DNA from: Klebsormidium nitens
Taxonomy: Eukaryota > Plantae > Klebsormidiophyceae
DNA: 41,986 nt
NCBI GenBank assembly: GCA_000708835.1
Contig: DF237460.1
Span: forward strand, 1 to 41,986
Direction of reading: 5' to 3'
The notes below the pieces were generated by a model that saw only the letters and a program-made list of their open reading frames with translations, searched no databases and was not told where the DNA came from. A program made the position numbers and the translations under genes. Below are positions 1-12,741 of the stretch, one piece after another; the first letter of the stretch is position 1; every line of letters starts with the position of its first letter.

Positions 1-580
1 AGGTACCTACTACGGAGTCGGGACCTGGCTAGAGAATACCGTAGTACCAACCGGTAGGAGGGTAGGACTCAGGAGTACCCGGGTGGTAACCGACGGGGAC
101 TGGACTCGGGAGCCGCATAACCATAAAGTTTAACACTTATAAGGTACGTTCCGTATAAGGAATTTCTTCAACCGTAGAGGAATACTGTACATGTAAAGCC
201 CGGGCCCCGGGCAACACTGAAAACCTAGGGTAATGTGACCGACAGTCCCTAATGTTACTGGGAAGTGCCCGGTTGTCATCCGGCTGCTTGCGAGACCCTA
301 ATGTCAGAGGGCAGGCCCGGTTGCTTCTCGGGTACGCACCGCGCAGCGCGGGGTAACGACCGCGCAATCATTAAACGTACAGTCCTCTTATGCAGTACAG
401 TACCTTATAGGTCACATTGCCTTAAAGGTATTAAATTTTATTTATATGGAGCCGCGCGCAAATGACTGAGACCGTGACCGCCGCAAGGCCGGCCCCCGGG
501 GGCCCTTCAGGCTTGACCAGTCACCGGTCTTGCCGTGAGTCGACTATCGAGCGTTTAGACTCTGGAGTCTGGAGTGATAC

Positions 581-1322
581 TACACCCGGGTCAATAAGTT
601 TTGTAACCAAACTCGCTCCCAAATGCACGTTTTCATCTTTACACAGGCTAGACACTGCTAGGGTCTGCTCAATGTGGTTGGATTGTCAATCAAACGCCGG
701 TTGATGTAGTTCCCGAGCATCAAATGCACAACCCACGAAAAGGGCTCGCTAGGCTTGCGGATATCTATCGGCCTTCCGAGGGTCCGTGGTGGCGAACAAA
801 CTTGAATTTGATACTAGTACAGACTCAAAAAACGTTGCACAGGTCATGGAGATTACGCATGTCAAGTTTCGGCACTTCACATAACCGGGCCCTGAAAATT
901 TGTTGCGATTTTTCAAAAAACACCGGAAAACGCCCCTTTTTCCGTAAAACCCCATCTTCACGCACGCATAATATGCACCCCGCTTGAGAGTTGGGTACCC
1001 TTCACCCCACAACATATGGTCTATAGGTGGTCCCCGGCTAGAGAATAGCTTTACTTCACTCAAAAAGCCCGTATCCGCTAGCGTGCACCCTCTTGACGGA
1101 TGGTGCTTTATTTGCCCCTTTTTTGCTCTTTTTTACAATTGAACATGCCCCTCAAACATGACCCCGTTTGTGCCCGATGCTTGAGATGGTGCAAGATTGC
1201 CCACCAAACATGCTCCACTCGGACCCAGGATTACATGGATACGATTTGCAGCAGGAGGTTAGCGGTTAACCATGGTTTATGGTGGCATAATGCTCGTTAC
1301 AAAACTTATTGACCCGGGTGTA
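581..1322. mobile_element. Non-autonomous DNA transposon (MITE), Tc1/mariner-type, TA target duplication
   Basis: Perfect inverted repeat TACACCCGGGTCAATAAGTTTTGTAAC at 581-607 and its reverse complement at 1296-1322. Read as a TA TSD (581-582, 1321-1322) plus a 25-bp TIR, enclosing 738 bp. No transposase ORF inside. Confidence 0.85.
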
Positions 1323-1834
1323 CAGTAGCCCCCGGGCGGCGCGGCGTTCGCATGTTCAGGCTCGCCCGGCGACGGCCGCACATCCAAAACATGCCCGATG
1401 CCTCGGATGATCGGCCGGACGGATCACACGCGTCAATGATGGCAACGGGTCACGCGCCCGGGCCGCCGGCCGGGGCCCGGGGTGTCCGACGAGTCACCAC
1501 ACGGTAGGTACCAGGCGCGGTACTACGTGACGTACCAAGGGCGCCGGATATGTGCGCGCGCAGAATCTAGCTTTCAATGCTTTTATGCTTTGAATTGATC
1601 AGCGAGTCGGAGTGTACGTTCTTGGCGAAGCCTTATTCCGCACAGCCGAAATTGCATGATGCTACCATCCTCTTGAGCTATGCATCAACGCGATGTCCAT
1701 GTCGGGTTGGGCAGTCTGTTGCCATGCAAAAGCATTCGTTTTTCCGAAAAGGCCTTCAAGACCTATCTGGAGTTGTGCGAGGGATCCTGAGCAGGTAGAC
1801 TAACCACATTTGCTGAAGTGTGAGGTCAGCTTCC

Positions 1835-4800
1835 TCATCGACTCCTTTCTAGTGTTCGCGTCCTATTTAGTTCGATAAGTTGCTCTAAAGAAACGGGAAG
1901 CCATTTGTCCCCTGTTTGAGCATAGAGCATTTGGTTATGATTGTCAATCGTAACACTAACCAGCCCAAACCCGTACACTTGCAACCCTTGGTTCAGCCTG
2001 CCCACCTTTGGTAAAAATTGCACGTCGCTCTGCTGCGCCGTGGTCTCCACAATCTCTTTCAAAGTCAAGGTAGCATAACCATGATCGTACCCAGTGTCTC
2101 TTTCAGTGGAAGAGACCGGTTGGCCGCCATTTGAAACGCCGGTGACCGAAGGCGCTGTGTGCTGTTGCTGCTCAAACTTTCGGTTTTCGCTGACTTTTAG
2201 GTAGGCCATGTTTTCGCGGGCCCCCGGTTGGACGACGGGAGCGCCCTCTACTGCCTGGTTCATCATGTCGAGGGCCGCGTTAAGCTGGCGTTGTACCCGG
2301 GAATTCGCCAGCAGATCCGCCGGGAAAAGACCCTTCCATCCAAGGTACCACCGAGTTACCTGCATAGGAAAAAGGAAAGTCGTTACAATCATGTCCTCAA
2401 ATACAGGTCTCCACAATGAATAGTGTCCCAGCAGTACTGGAACGAACTTGAAGGGCTGTTATTGATTACTAAGGCCAGCCGGAAAGAGTATCCACAATCA
2501 TGGTTCCAAAGTGAGTCACAGATGTCGTGCATAATTGCGCCCTGAAGCCCTAAAATTCCTTTTCAGGATTGCAAGCTTGTGCGTCAAAGTCGAAGTTGGT
2601 TAGCAGAGTGAAACCTAGACAGTATGGCTGTTCTGTTGAAACTCAGCAAGCCTCCGATCAACAGACGCTTGCTGCTTGACGTCCTGAATACAAGGAGCGT
2701 TCCTTAAGCCTTGGAAGGCTCTGCCGACAATGCCGCATGCAGCCATGCACTAGGCAGAGTAGCGCGCATCGCAAGCAAAGACGACAGCCTTCGTAGACTG
2801 CTGGGGAGATTCTACCGAAAGGCAACACTCCCAAAACGAAAGTCCCCGCTCTTCAAGCAAGAGGAACCCGAACCATCGGACTTAACACGGTGACTTCGAG
2901 AAACCCACCGCTCGAAGCTGCAAAGCCAATCACTCGATTGACTGGCTCTCAAAAGAGCAAAAATAAAGACTTTTTTGGAGCGCGCAATCATACCTCGTCG
3001 AAGTTGGGCCCCGCGCACAGCCACTGGTACAGCACCTGCTGCCACTTGGGAAAGAAGTGCGCGTCGAGCAGCGCGACCATGTGGTGCACGGGGACTGCCC
3101 CCGCCCACTGGATGAACCACTGGAACGGCTCCAGCTGCTGCGCGTGCGGGTTGATGACGAGCGTATGGAGCGCCACGATGAGCTTGGGGACGATCGAACG
3201 GACCAGAAGCTGCTCCCAGGACGCGGCGTCGAAGACGGTCTGCCACGGGTGGAGCAGCGCGTACGCGGACGAGTCGCTCGGGTCCCACGCCTGGAGCGCC
3301 GCGCCGAGCTTGAACCTGCGGGGAGAGGGAACGGAGCGTCAGCATATGGATGTGGGTAGAATCCGTCATTCAGGTTCTTTCAGCGACAGAGGCACCCTCG
3401 CCCCTTAGTCACGATGGTTTGTTAGGTTGGCAGGAGAAGAGCAGGAAACCTGAGACGCTGACAGGGTGCCAATGCGATGCTCGCAACAATCCTGCGTCCT
3501 AATGTCGGCCTCTTCGGCCAACTCTAGACAGATCGCGAAGTGGAAGTGTTGGACGTGTCCGAGTATGGCCGAGTATGGTATCCTTTACAGGGAACAACAC
3601 ATCCGAGGTCGCGACTCATATAAGAATATGAAGGAAGCAGACGACGACTCGATGCGGAAAAGCAGGATGTGGAAGCGGGAAAGAGTTGCGAATTGAGGTG
3701 TCTGGGTCTCTGGGTAGGTCGTGGTCGATAGGTGAACGAAAAGGAGGACAGATAATACGGTGGGAGACGCAGTCAAAGCCAAAAAGTCAACGGATATGCG
3801 AGCCGACCCTGTCAAAATCTAGAACGCAGAAAGTCGTAAGACTTGGTGAAGCAAGACAGCGAAGATTGCGCGCTCACCTGATGGGCGGGTACAGCGGCTC
3901 CATGCGCGCCGCGAGCAGCGGCAACCACGGATGCAGCCACGCGTGGATCGGCACCGTCTCGAGGCGCGGGTCCCACGTGTCCACCGCTGACGTCAGCTTG
4001 GGCATCACCAGCTGGTCGTAAATGTTCTCCTTGACTGCGGGCGGGAGAAGAGAGTCCCAAGCTTCCAGGAAACGGAGGAACGGTTCCGGGTCGCGGGGTT
4101 CCCAGGCGGCGAGGACGAGGCTGCGGAGGGGGGGGAGAATAACGTCCCGTACCAGCCTGCATGAGAGGGGGAGGAAGCGGATTGGCGTCAGTGAAACGAT
4201 GACATAAGGAGTGCATGTCTCCTGCACTTGTGAAGGTATGCAGTATGTTGGGGTATTGTTGTCGTCTCATAGCAGACATAAGTATGCTCCTTGTCTGTTG
4301 GACCCACAGATGAAGCCAACAGCAAACAAGGAAACGGTGTCAATCAGGACGTAACACTACAGGGCAGAGAAGGCCGACATTAATCTGCTTGAACAGGGGT
4401 CGGGTTGCCATTGAAGGAACACATGCAGGTGTCAGGGCTGAGGGAGACCGGTAAACTCTCGGATCGTGACGAACATCGAAACAACAAAGGAAGGAAAAGA
4501 CCAAAAAAAACCAAGACATGGCTCCTTTTGTCTTGGATTGCCTTGCCCATTCTGGAGGGAAGAATTTGTGAACTTCGATTGATGACCACAACACCCCAAG
4601 AAGAAGTGAGTAGTGCGCAACGACTGATTGAGCTCTTGATGTGGCCCAGTACAGACGTTAGAGACGATCATGCAGGAAGAATGATTGCTTCAGCTGCCCC
4701 GGCTCTTTGAACAGTTTGATTTGACACGAGTAATTTGAACACCATTGAGCGCGCTCGGACGCCTTACCTGGTGTACGGATCGATGTCCGAGTCGAGGTCC

Positions 4801-7553
4801 GTAAAGATGGAGTAGTCACGTGGCCCCTCCTCCTGCGCGAGCAGCTTCTTCCACGTGGCCATCTCAGCGGTGCCATGTGTCGGGTTCTGGAAGGGGTTCC
4901 AGCCGCGAAAGTGCGCTTGCATCAAAGGCAGGACGTGACTAAGCGCGACGGCAGCCAGGTTGAACAGCTTATACTCTTCGTGGTGCCTGCGAAATAGAAA
5001 AGGGGGTCCAGATTGAGCGTGGGCGAAGACGAAGGCTACTCGAGTGAGGTGGGGGTCCGAGAACAGTCGGAACAGATCAGGCCGCGAGAACATGAATGGC
5101 TAGCCGATTTTAAAACTTGTATGTCATTGGGACGGGTCAATCAAGTTCGAAGAACGTGTACACCTGTTAAAACCGTGAAAGCGAGGTCAAATTAAACATA
5201 CGGAAGTCTGTAATGCTGCAAGAGTGCTGGGGGTGAAAGAACAATGTTGAAAAGGAAGAGAAACCATCTGTAAGACAGACGGGAGGGGGAAAGGAAGGTT
5301 GGCCTCTCTCTCACTCGAAGAGGTAGAGCGTAATTCTCCAGTCAATAAAAAGGTAGTCCGGTTCAAACAAGACACATGTTGAGAGTATGTCTGACAGAGG
5401 AGAAGGCCGTTGAAGTAGGCAAAGCAAGCGAAGGGGCTGCGAAGCTCAATAGATTGGCTGGAGTCTCCAGTATGCAATCGCAAACCACTAACAAAAGCAA
5501 TCACCCTTCAGATCGCTGTTGCAAGAGCGACTTTGTCTGTGATCCCGAATAGGTCTCGGGAAAAGCTGAACAACCACCATGTATATACACGACAAAACAA
5601 ACCCCAGGCAACAAACATACGCAAGATTTCGATGCTCTCCCTCCAACATGTACGATTGAGAAGCTGATCCTAGTGTCCACAAAGGAAACAGACAACTAGA
5701 CCAGTCTGTCACTACCAGCAGCGTTTACTACGTCAATCAGCACGGACTTAATTTTGAGAGGACGTGGAGAGAAGCTCACTTTCGCTGGAGCAAGTCAAAC
5801 ACGTCCGACAGTCCCTGCAGCGTCATGAGCCCCTCGCTCGCCCGCTCCTGGACCTTCTCAACCGCTGTTAGCACGCCCTCGAGCCCCTCCACCTGTCCCC
5901 TGTAATGATCCACTTCCCGTAACAACCGCTCCTGCTCCCCCGCAAGCACGGCCATCGTATCCCTCTCGTGCCGCAGCTTCCGATCAAACTGCTGAATCTC
6001 CGCTTCGGCCAAGTCGACCATGAGTCTCAGATTGTGCTGCAACTCCGGCATCGGTGTGTCTTCTTCTACGGCGGCTTGCTCCGCGTTGATCGCTTCTAAG
6101 TTCGTCAACACGCGCACTTGCGGCCCGCGCATGTCGAGGATCTTGGTAGGTTCGGCGGGTGCGGCGCCCGCGTGCTGGAGCTCCTCGATGAGTGCGCCCG
6201 CGGTTTTGTACACTTTCTTCTTGCGCTTGTCGGCGTTGCGTGCCTTCCAGAGCTTTTCTTGCTTGGCGGGCTCAGCCGCCGCCTGCAATCAGCAGACGGG
6301 CGAAGATGAGCAACTGACGCGATAAATTCTTTGATAGAGATCTGTAAGCGAAGGTCTAAGCGTCCACAACAAGATAGAGAGATCAAAGGTGTCTTTCATA
6401 TTGCAAAACAACCAGACTCCTCTCTTAAACACAGTCTTGTCCAAGTCATAACCGGATTACACCAGCCTTTCGTTCACCGACCATTGAAACCGCACTACAG
6501 GCAAATCGCCTCTAGGTTTGCACTTGGTCCGATAAAGAGCACAGCTCACCACCATTCTCCGGCACAGCAGTAGGTACAGTGCAGCCAGGCAATCGAACAA
6601 ACTCGAGAGGCCCTGTTACTCGACAATACACCTTTTACTTCTCTGCACCTCTCGCTTACCTCCACTTTCTCCCCTTCTTTCCCAGGTGGTGGTGGGAGTG
6701 CCGTTTTCTTCTCCTCGTAATCATTGTACCCCATCCCCATGTTCTTCCCCGGGCGCAACTTCGCTTCCACCGGGGCAGCGATCCCCTGGCCCTTTGCCCC
6801 CAGCCCCTGCCCGGGGACATACCCCATGCCCTGCATAAGCTTCATCCCAATCCCCTTGGTGTGCTTTTCAAAACTCGCAATCCCCGCAGCGGCAGCGGCG
6901 GCAGGCACCCCCCCTTTCTTCCCTTTAAACCTGCTCTTCTGTGCCTCTTCCCTCTCCCGCTCCTTCCGCTTCTCCGCCGCTTCCTGGATCCTTTTTCCGA
7001 ACATGCCCGGGAGCAGATCGTCCTCGTCATCATCCGCCCTAGTTTCCGCTCCACTCGGTCCCGCTGACTGAAAACCCAAACCACCGTTGCTAGAACCCAA
7101 ACCGCCTGTCTGGAAACCCAAACCTCCGTTGCTAGCGCCCAGCCCCGCGCTTTGAAATCCCAAACCCCCACTCTGAAACCCTAACCCGGAACCACCCGGC
7201 GCTGACCCTAAGCCCGCTCTGCTTCCGTTCTGCTCTGATCCAAGCTCAATGCCACCCCCCGCTTTTCCTTCTTTCTCATCATCCAAGGCGCTGCCAACCA
7301 CCTTGCCGCTAGACACAAAGCTCACAGGCTTTGCAAAATCGCCCTTCTCAATTGGGCCCCTGTCTCTCCGCCGCCGCTTCCGGCCCCCACCAGAGTCAGA
7401 GTCAGACTCCTGAAAGACGCCGTAAAGGACATCATCTTTTGTTTGTTTCCGTTTCTCCACCTTTTTGGAATAGTAAAACTCGCCACCGATCCACTGCCCG
7501 CCCTCGTAGTCATTCTCCATGTCGAACCGCTCTGCTTGCTGATCCTCGTCCAT
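1835..7553 (-). CDS. TFIP11: Tuftelin-interacting protein 11 / STIPL1 / Ntr1-Spp382 spliceosome disassembly factor (G-patch + GCFC domain), about 913 aa
   Basis: Six phase-compatible GT-AG exons: 7553-6660, 6282-5780, 4986-4768, 4156-3878, 3315-2994, 2359-1835 (2742 nt). N-terminal motif ERFDMENDYEGGQWIGGEFYY...QTKDDVLYGVF, G-patch FEKHTKGIGMKLMQGMGYVPGQGLG, PELQHNLRL coiled coil, GCFC core (WEPRDPEP, HPWLP, WQQVLYQWL, VTRWYLGWK). Confidence 0.93.
7066..7240 (-). repeat. Coding low-complexity GLG(F)Q(S/T)G repeats in TFIP11 exon 1
   Basis: Translation reads AGLGSAPGGSGLGFQSGGLGFQSAGLGASNGGLGFQTGGLGSSNGGLGFQSAG. Boundaries approximate. Confidence 0.85.
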
Positions 7554-8314
7554 GATGCCGGTCGATGTGTCCCTGAAAGCCCGACTACACGGTCACAAGT
7601 GAAGCTACCAAAATTGTTGCCTCCAGGGAAGGACTCCCTCTCTTAATAAAAGCTGGGAAAACGCCACACCCCCTGGCAGGGGGTTGCCTAAGGCTACAGA
7701 GCCACCATGCATGCCGGCGCCGGACTGGAATACAGATTCAACCGAAGGATATATGTAACAGTTGGAAGTTGATGCAGACTCGGTATCAACTTGGTATGTT
7801 TTGACGACGATCAAGTCCATCACATGCTGGACCTGTTGCAGCGACCACGGAACTTCTCAGTCTCGACGGCGAAAGAAACTGACTTTCCTTTTCTGCAGCA
7901 GAGGTTCGACACCGATAATTTTGAGGGCCAATTTCAAATGTTTTGGGATTTTGTCCCGTGAGTGTTCAGCCTCAGGTCCTGCAGTCAGACTTGATGGAGG
8001 AGGAGAAGCACATGAAGTTGAACTCAAAACAGGAAGGACATGGTGGCAGCAGCCCGCAATTTGCATTGGCTTCGCAGCTATGCAGCAACGATCTGTTTCT
8101 CGTAGAATGTCTGGCAATCAACCAGCGTATGTTGGCGGTGTTCAACCAGTTTGCGCTGCCCTAAGCTTGTAAGAGAGGCTGCTTTTCGGATGTAGGACGT
8201 GCTGCTTCCAGGTGCGTTCCAACCGGCCCCATAAGGAGGTCGCCGTCACAACAGCAGTGCAAAGTCTTGAATAGACTTATCACGTGCATCTATGATAAGT
8301 TGGTCCTGAGTACA
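7554..8314. promoter_or_regulatory. Divergent (bidirectional) promoter / 5' UTR region between TFIP11 and CtIP/COM1
   Basis: 761 bp separate the inferred start codons of two divergently oriented genes. No specific cis-element identified. Confidence 0.5.
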
Positions 8315-11300
8315 ATGGACGGTGAGAAGGACTCCCTGCCTAACAGCTTGTTGATGGAGACGCAGCTAGATGACATCGAGATAGTGGAAGAGCAATGCTC
8401 TGCCCTCATCTCAGAGCTGGGGCTTGTGAGAGCAAAGGTGGACCAGGCAGAGCAGAGTCTGGCTGGAAGAGTTCTGCCGGCATTCAGAATGCTGGTGAGC
8501 GCTTGTGCCTACCTTCCTGGAAGTAACCTGCCAGCTGCTCCTTCACCGCTTATAAATATTAAAGTATCATGTAAGAGTGATATATCTTGACTTTCTGGTG
8601 CTCTTCTGATGCGGGGTTTTGTACCAGGTTGTGAGAGCTAACTTCAAGAAGTCCTTCTTGTGTTCTTGCTGCGAATCTGATGGCTTTTGTGCAATTTGAG
8701 GCTTCTTACGCCTCATGTCGCAATGGTCATCTTGTTGTTACAATGCATCTGTCAACGTTGAGAGCTCAGTACTGCAAACAAATTGGTTATGAAAAACCAG
8801 TCACGACTTCACTGTAAACAGTCGTCTTTCAAAAATATACAGTAAAGCATGCACTTCAAAATGCACTACTGTCTTCCTGAACTCAAAAACCTTGCCAAGA
8901 TGCAGTCAATTCTTACGCCCGCTCCTCTCTTGGCAGGTGGCACGACATTCAGGAGCTGTGCAACAGCTAGAAGCACAGCGCCGAGACTCAAAGGCAGAAA
9001 TGGAGCGCGCACAGCAAAACTTCCTGGTGGAGAAAGAGGCCCTTCTGGTGGAGTCAAAGCTCGCTCGGCAGCGGCTTGTGCAGGAGCGGGATGACCAGCT
9101 GGAGGAGAAGGAAAAGCTGTGGAGGCAGCTTGTGGAACTCAGGGCAAGCAGGTGATCATCTGCAATTTGTTCCGGTTTACTTGCGGTTCCCCTTGGTTTT
9201 CTGTCGCGCAGTGGATGAAGCCAGTGAATCCCGCCATGCATTCATTCTGACACTTCTTCCTCGGGACACATCAGCTGCTGGTTCAATTTTATTGCCATTT
9301 GCATCCAGGGCCGCCAGGCTACATCATCTTTAAGACTTTGGCTGAAGTGCAACCCTGGATATATAAGCCTTCCACAAGATCTCACTATATCAGCAGGCAG
9401 GCATCCTTCTTGTGACGTACTTCACATTTCTTGAATGTCAGTCCGTCAGTTTGGCAGTAGTCAAAAGGATTAAGTTTCGAGAACGATGCGACTCGTAAAA
9501 CCTGCGTCACTGACTTAAGAAGAGTGCTTTCCCACGTCTTGCCTTCGTCCTGCGGTCACCTTCTAATTGACTCCTGCATCCCTCCCGCTGCAGGGAAGAG
9601 GACCAGCAGCGATCTGCAGAGAAGCTGCTCAACCTGGAGCGGAGACAGCAAGAGGAGCGCCAGCGGCTGACCGCAGCTTTGGATGCCGAGAAGGAAGAGA
9701 AGGCCGCTCTGTCCCGCAGATACAGCAGAGCAAAGCGGGAGGTGCAGGCCCTGCACCGCAACAATGCGTCGCTGCTTCAGGCGGGCGTCAATGCCAGCCA
9801 GATCAGCAGGGCCTCAAAGAGTCCGACCTTTCTTGGAAAGGAGCTGCGGGCCTCGTTGGAACGAGTCTCTCCCCAGGCTGATGGGGGTCACTGTTTCGCC
9901 ACTCAGGGCTCTGTCGGGGGTGGCAAACCTCCGACTGCCGCTCCCAAACAGGCGGCCGCAAAGGTGGGTTTGCCGCTGTTTGCATCATCGGAGGGTCAGC
10001 CGTCCGGGGGACTCGTTAGGCAAACGGGAGATGCGGTAGGGGGCCGGCCGGAGGTGGGACCGATGCAGGCGGCTCAAGCGCCAATGGAGGGGTTAGGAGC
10101 CATTCGGAGCGACTCTCGCGATCTGCAAGGCAGGGGAGAAGAGGCGAAACTTGGGGCCGGGTTAGAAGGCGGGGTAGGATTCCGGTTGACGACGGCGGAT
10201 GAGATGAACCAGCCAGGGAGCGGGGAGAAGCGACCACGCACTGACCTTCCAGAAGTGTTGGCGGGGGCTTGTGGAGGTATGCCGGCGGACGGTGGGGGGT
10301 CGGGAGAGGGGTCCGGTGAAGGAGACGGCAAGGCTTCTTTGAGTCACAAGAGGAGGAAGCACGTTGGCGGGAATGCCGAGGCGCCACCTCCTGTGTCCCC
10401 ACAGCAGGGCATGGGTGCCGACTGCCCTATCTCGTCGATGGAAACATTGCTTTTGGTGCGCGGGACGGGGGGCGAGCTTACGCTTGAAGAAAGAGAAGCG
10501 GCCTGGGAGGACGGGGCTGATCCGACTCCGCAATCGGGAACAAATAACGGCATGGACGTACGGCAAAATCTCGCAGGAAGAGAAGAGAGGCTGGATGCGG
10601 GTCCTGTCAGGTCGGCAGGACACTTGACAAGGGGGTTCAGTGGCAAAGACGCAACCGAAGCATGGGCCAGTCAGGCAGGAAGTGGGGGGGAGCGAACGAG
10701 GTCTGCGAGCGGAGGGGGCTCGGTGAAGAGGGACCGCTCGCAGCTTGTGTCCACGCTGAACCGACAGATCCGGCAGGCACTGGGTGCAGAGCGATCCGGG
10801 GGCAGGGACGGGTTAGAGGTTACCCCGTCGGTTAGCGCGGACCCCCGGGTTTTAGGAGCTCGGGACGAGAATGAGAGGAGCGGCGCGAGTAAAGAGAGGT
10901 TGACGAGCAGCGAGGGCGGCAGCCCCAGGACGGGCCGGGGACAGGGGGATGGTCGTACGGCCTTGCGTGACGATCGAACGGCTGAACCACAGGTGGTGTC
11001 TGAGGGTGCAGTGCGGGACAGAGCCCCGGACTCTGACACCGATGAGGCAGAGGTGTCGAGCCCGAAGCGGCGGCGGCGGGCCCGGTCTGCGGGGATTGTG
11101 GGGCCGTCGGATCTGGGCCGGGACGTGCAGCGGGGGAAGAGTGGCGATTCTTTCTGCACAGTGCGAAATCTCGGAACGAGCTCCGAGCTAGACGGAGGGA
11201 AGAACGTGCCCCTCAGGGCAAAGGATTCGCTGGAATTGGAGGAGGCCGTTGAGTTCGGGAACCGTGCATCGAATGTCGAGACTCGAGCTGTACCTGTGGC

Positions 11301-12321
11301 GAGAGCCGAGGGGCTGCCTCCGGGAGAAAAGGGACGGTGGGTCTCGGTACGGGAGGTGCCCCAGAGAGGAAGGGCACACTGGGTTCCGGTGCCAGCGGGA
11401 AGAGCTGAGCAGGTGGGGAGGAAAGAAGGCCCGATTCGTATGGTACAGACCAGGCTCTCACAGCCCCCCCGCAAAGACGCCCCGTTCTTCAAGGCGCCGA
11501 CGTCAGCGGCAACGGGAGCGGGAGAGGGGCCCGGGCGGAAGTGGCGGGAGGCGAGCCGGGGGGTGGAGGACGACTTCCTGAGCACGCCGATGGAAAAGGC
11601 GCTCGCAGGAAGAAGCGGGGAAGGGGGGCCGGTTGGAGGAAGTGCCCGGGTCGATCCCCCGGGCAGACAGACGGGGCAGACGGCAAGTGACGAACCGAGG
11701 AAGGCTGCGCCGACTGGCCGGAACAGTATGGCACGTGACCTGGGGACGGGGTCGGGGGAGCGCAGGGCCAAGGTTGAGGAGAGAACGAGGGCCGCTCCGG
11801 AGGATACAGACCGAGTGAGCGACAGCGAGAAAGAGAACAGCCAGCCTGATGCGGATGCCGAGGTGACGAATGAGGCGGGTCTAGCGCATCCGGATGGAGC
11901 AAGACCGGGGGGGGCTGATCTGCGCACCGGGGACAGAGTCCCAAGAGATGGTGATGATTTGCGAGGAGACCGTCCAAGAAACCGGGGCATCCAGGTGATC
12001 AAACCGGGCACCTATCAGCACACTGCCGCGGAACGGGGGCGGCAGTTGGCGGCGGGCGAGGCTCCTGTGTACAAGTACAACAGCGTGGTACGGAAGAAGG
12101 ACGAACGGGAGCAGCTGCATGCAATGGATTGCGAAAATTGTCGGAAGTTCTACGAAGCCGTGGAGGCCTTGGACGCGGAGGCAATGGAGCGGCACGTGAA
12201 TAGTCGGTGCCAGGAGCATTTGGATGTCGCAGGCCGCCATAGGTATCAGTACGCGCCCCCGGCAACTCCCTCTGGCTTTTGGAATATCGGGTTCGATTCA
12301 GAGACGGAAGCAGCTTCCTGA
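8315..12321 (+). CDS. COM1: CtIP/SAE2/COM1 (GR1) DNA end-resection factor, about 1040 aa
   Basis: Exons 8315-8494, 8937-9151, 9594-12321 are phase compatible (3123 nt). N-terminal coiled coil and long disordered linker. C-terminal SAE2/CtIP domain YKYNSVVRKKDEREQL..DCENCRKFY...RHRYQYAPPATPSGFWNIGF with CxxC, RHR and the TP-x-x-FW CDK-site motif. The start codon is inferred. Confidence 0.88.
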
Positions 12322-12741
12322 GCGTGCAGGATTGCGTTGCTAGGTTTAGGCTGTACATGAAAGGTTGCTGCGCAATGGTGATGGAAATCGCCATGGCAAT
12401 AGAAAGCTGGACTTCTGTCATCTTCGTACACTTGTCGTTAAGATCTGTACACTTGTCGTTGATTCGTAAGGTCACTCAAGTAGCTATTGGGTGATCGACC
12501 GCTCTGTGCCTTGTGTCCTCGCTTTCGACATTTCATCCCCACAGCCATAGGAAAGTCATGCTTCGTACAAGGCTACAAGTGTTGCCGGCGTCTGAAAGCG
12601 CCCTAAAAATCATTCTTGGAACTGTGCCCGGCCTGGATACAAGGACCGGTTGTGCGTGTATGCCAGAGCTGCACGTCCGGACGCTGGCAGCATGCCTGTT
12701 CTATGGTGACGGTTACTGAGAAGATGGGCCGGGTGTCTTTT

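Noticed and set aside
137-1312. Short ORFs in the first 1.5 kb as genes or transposase
   Set aside because: No recognisable motif or splice-compatible exon chain. Several lie inside the MITE.
1540-1572. TGCGCGCGCA palindrome followed by CTAG as a Helitron 3' end
   Set aside because: The hairpin is minimal, CTAG is followed by C rather than T, and no 5' TC end was identified.
7895-7915. GGTTCGACACC B-box-like motif as a tRNA or SINE
   Set aside because: No A-box or cloverleaf around it.
10671-12011. 446-aa minus-strand ORF and other ORFs antisense to exons
   Set aside because: Shadow ORFs of GC-rich coding exons (CtIP, TFIP11, RING gene) with no independent motifs.
12426-12460. GTACACTTGTCGTT direct repeat in the CtIP 3' region
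   Set aside because: Two copies only, consistent with a simple local duplication.
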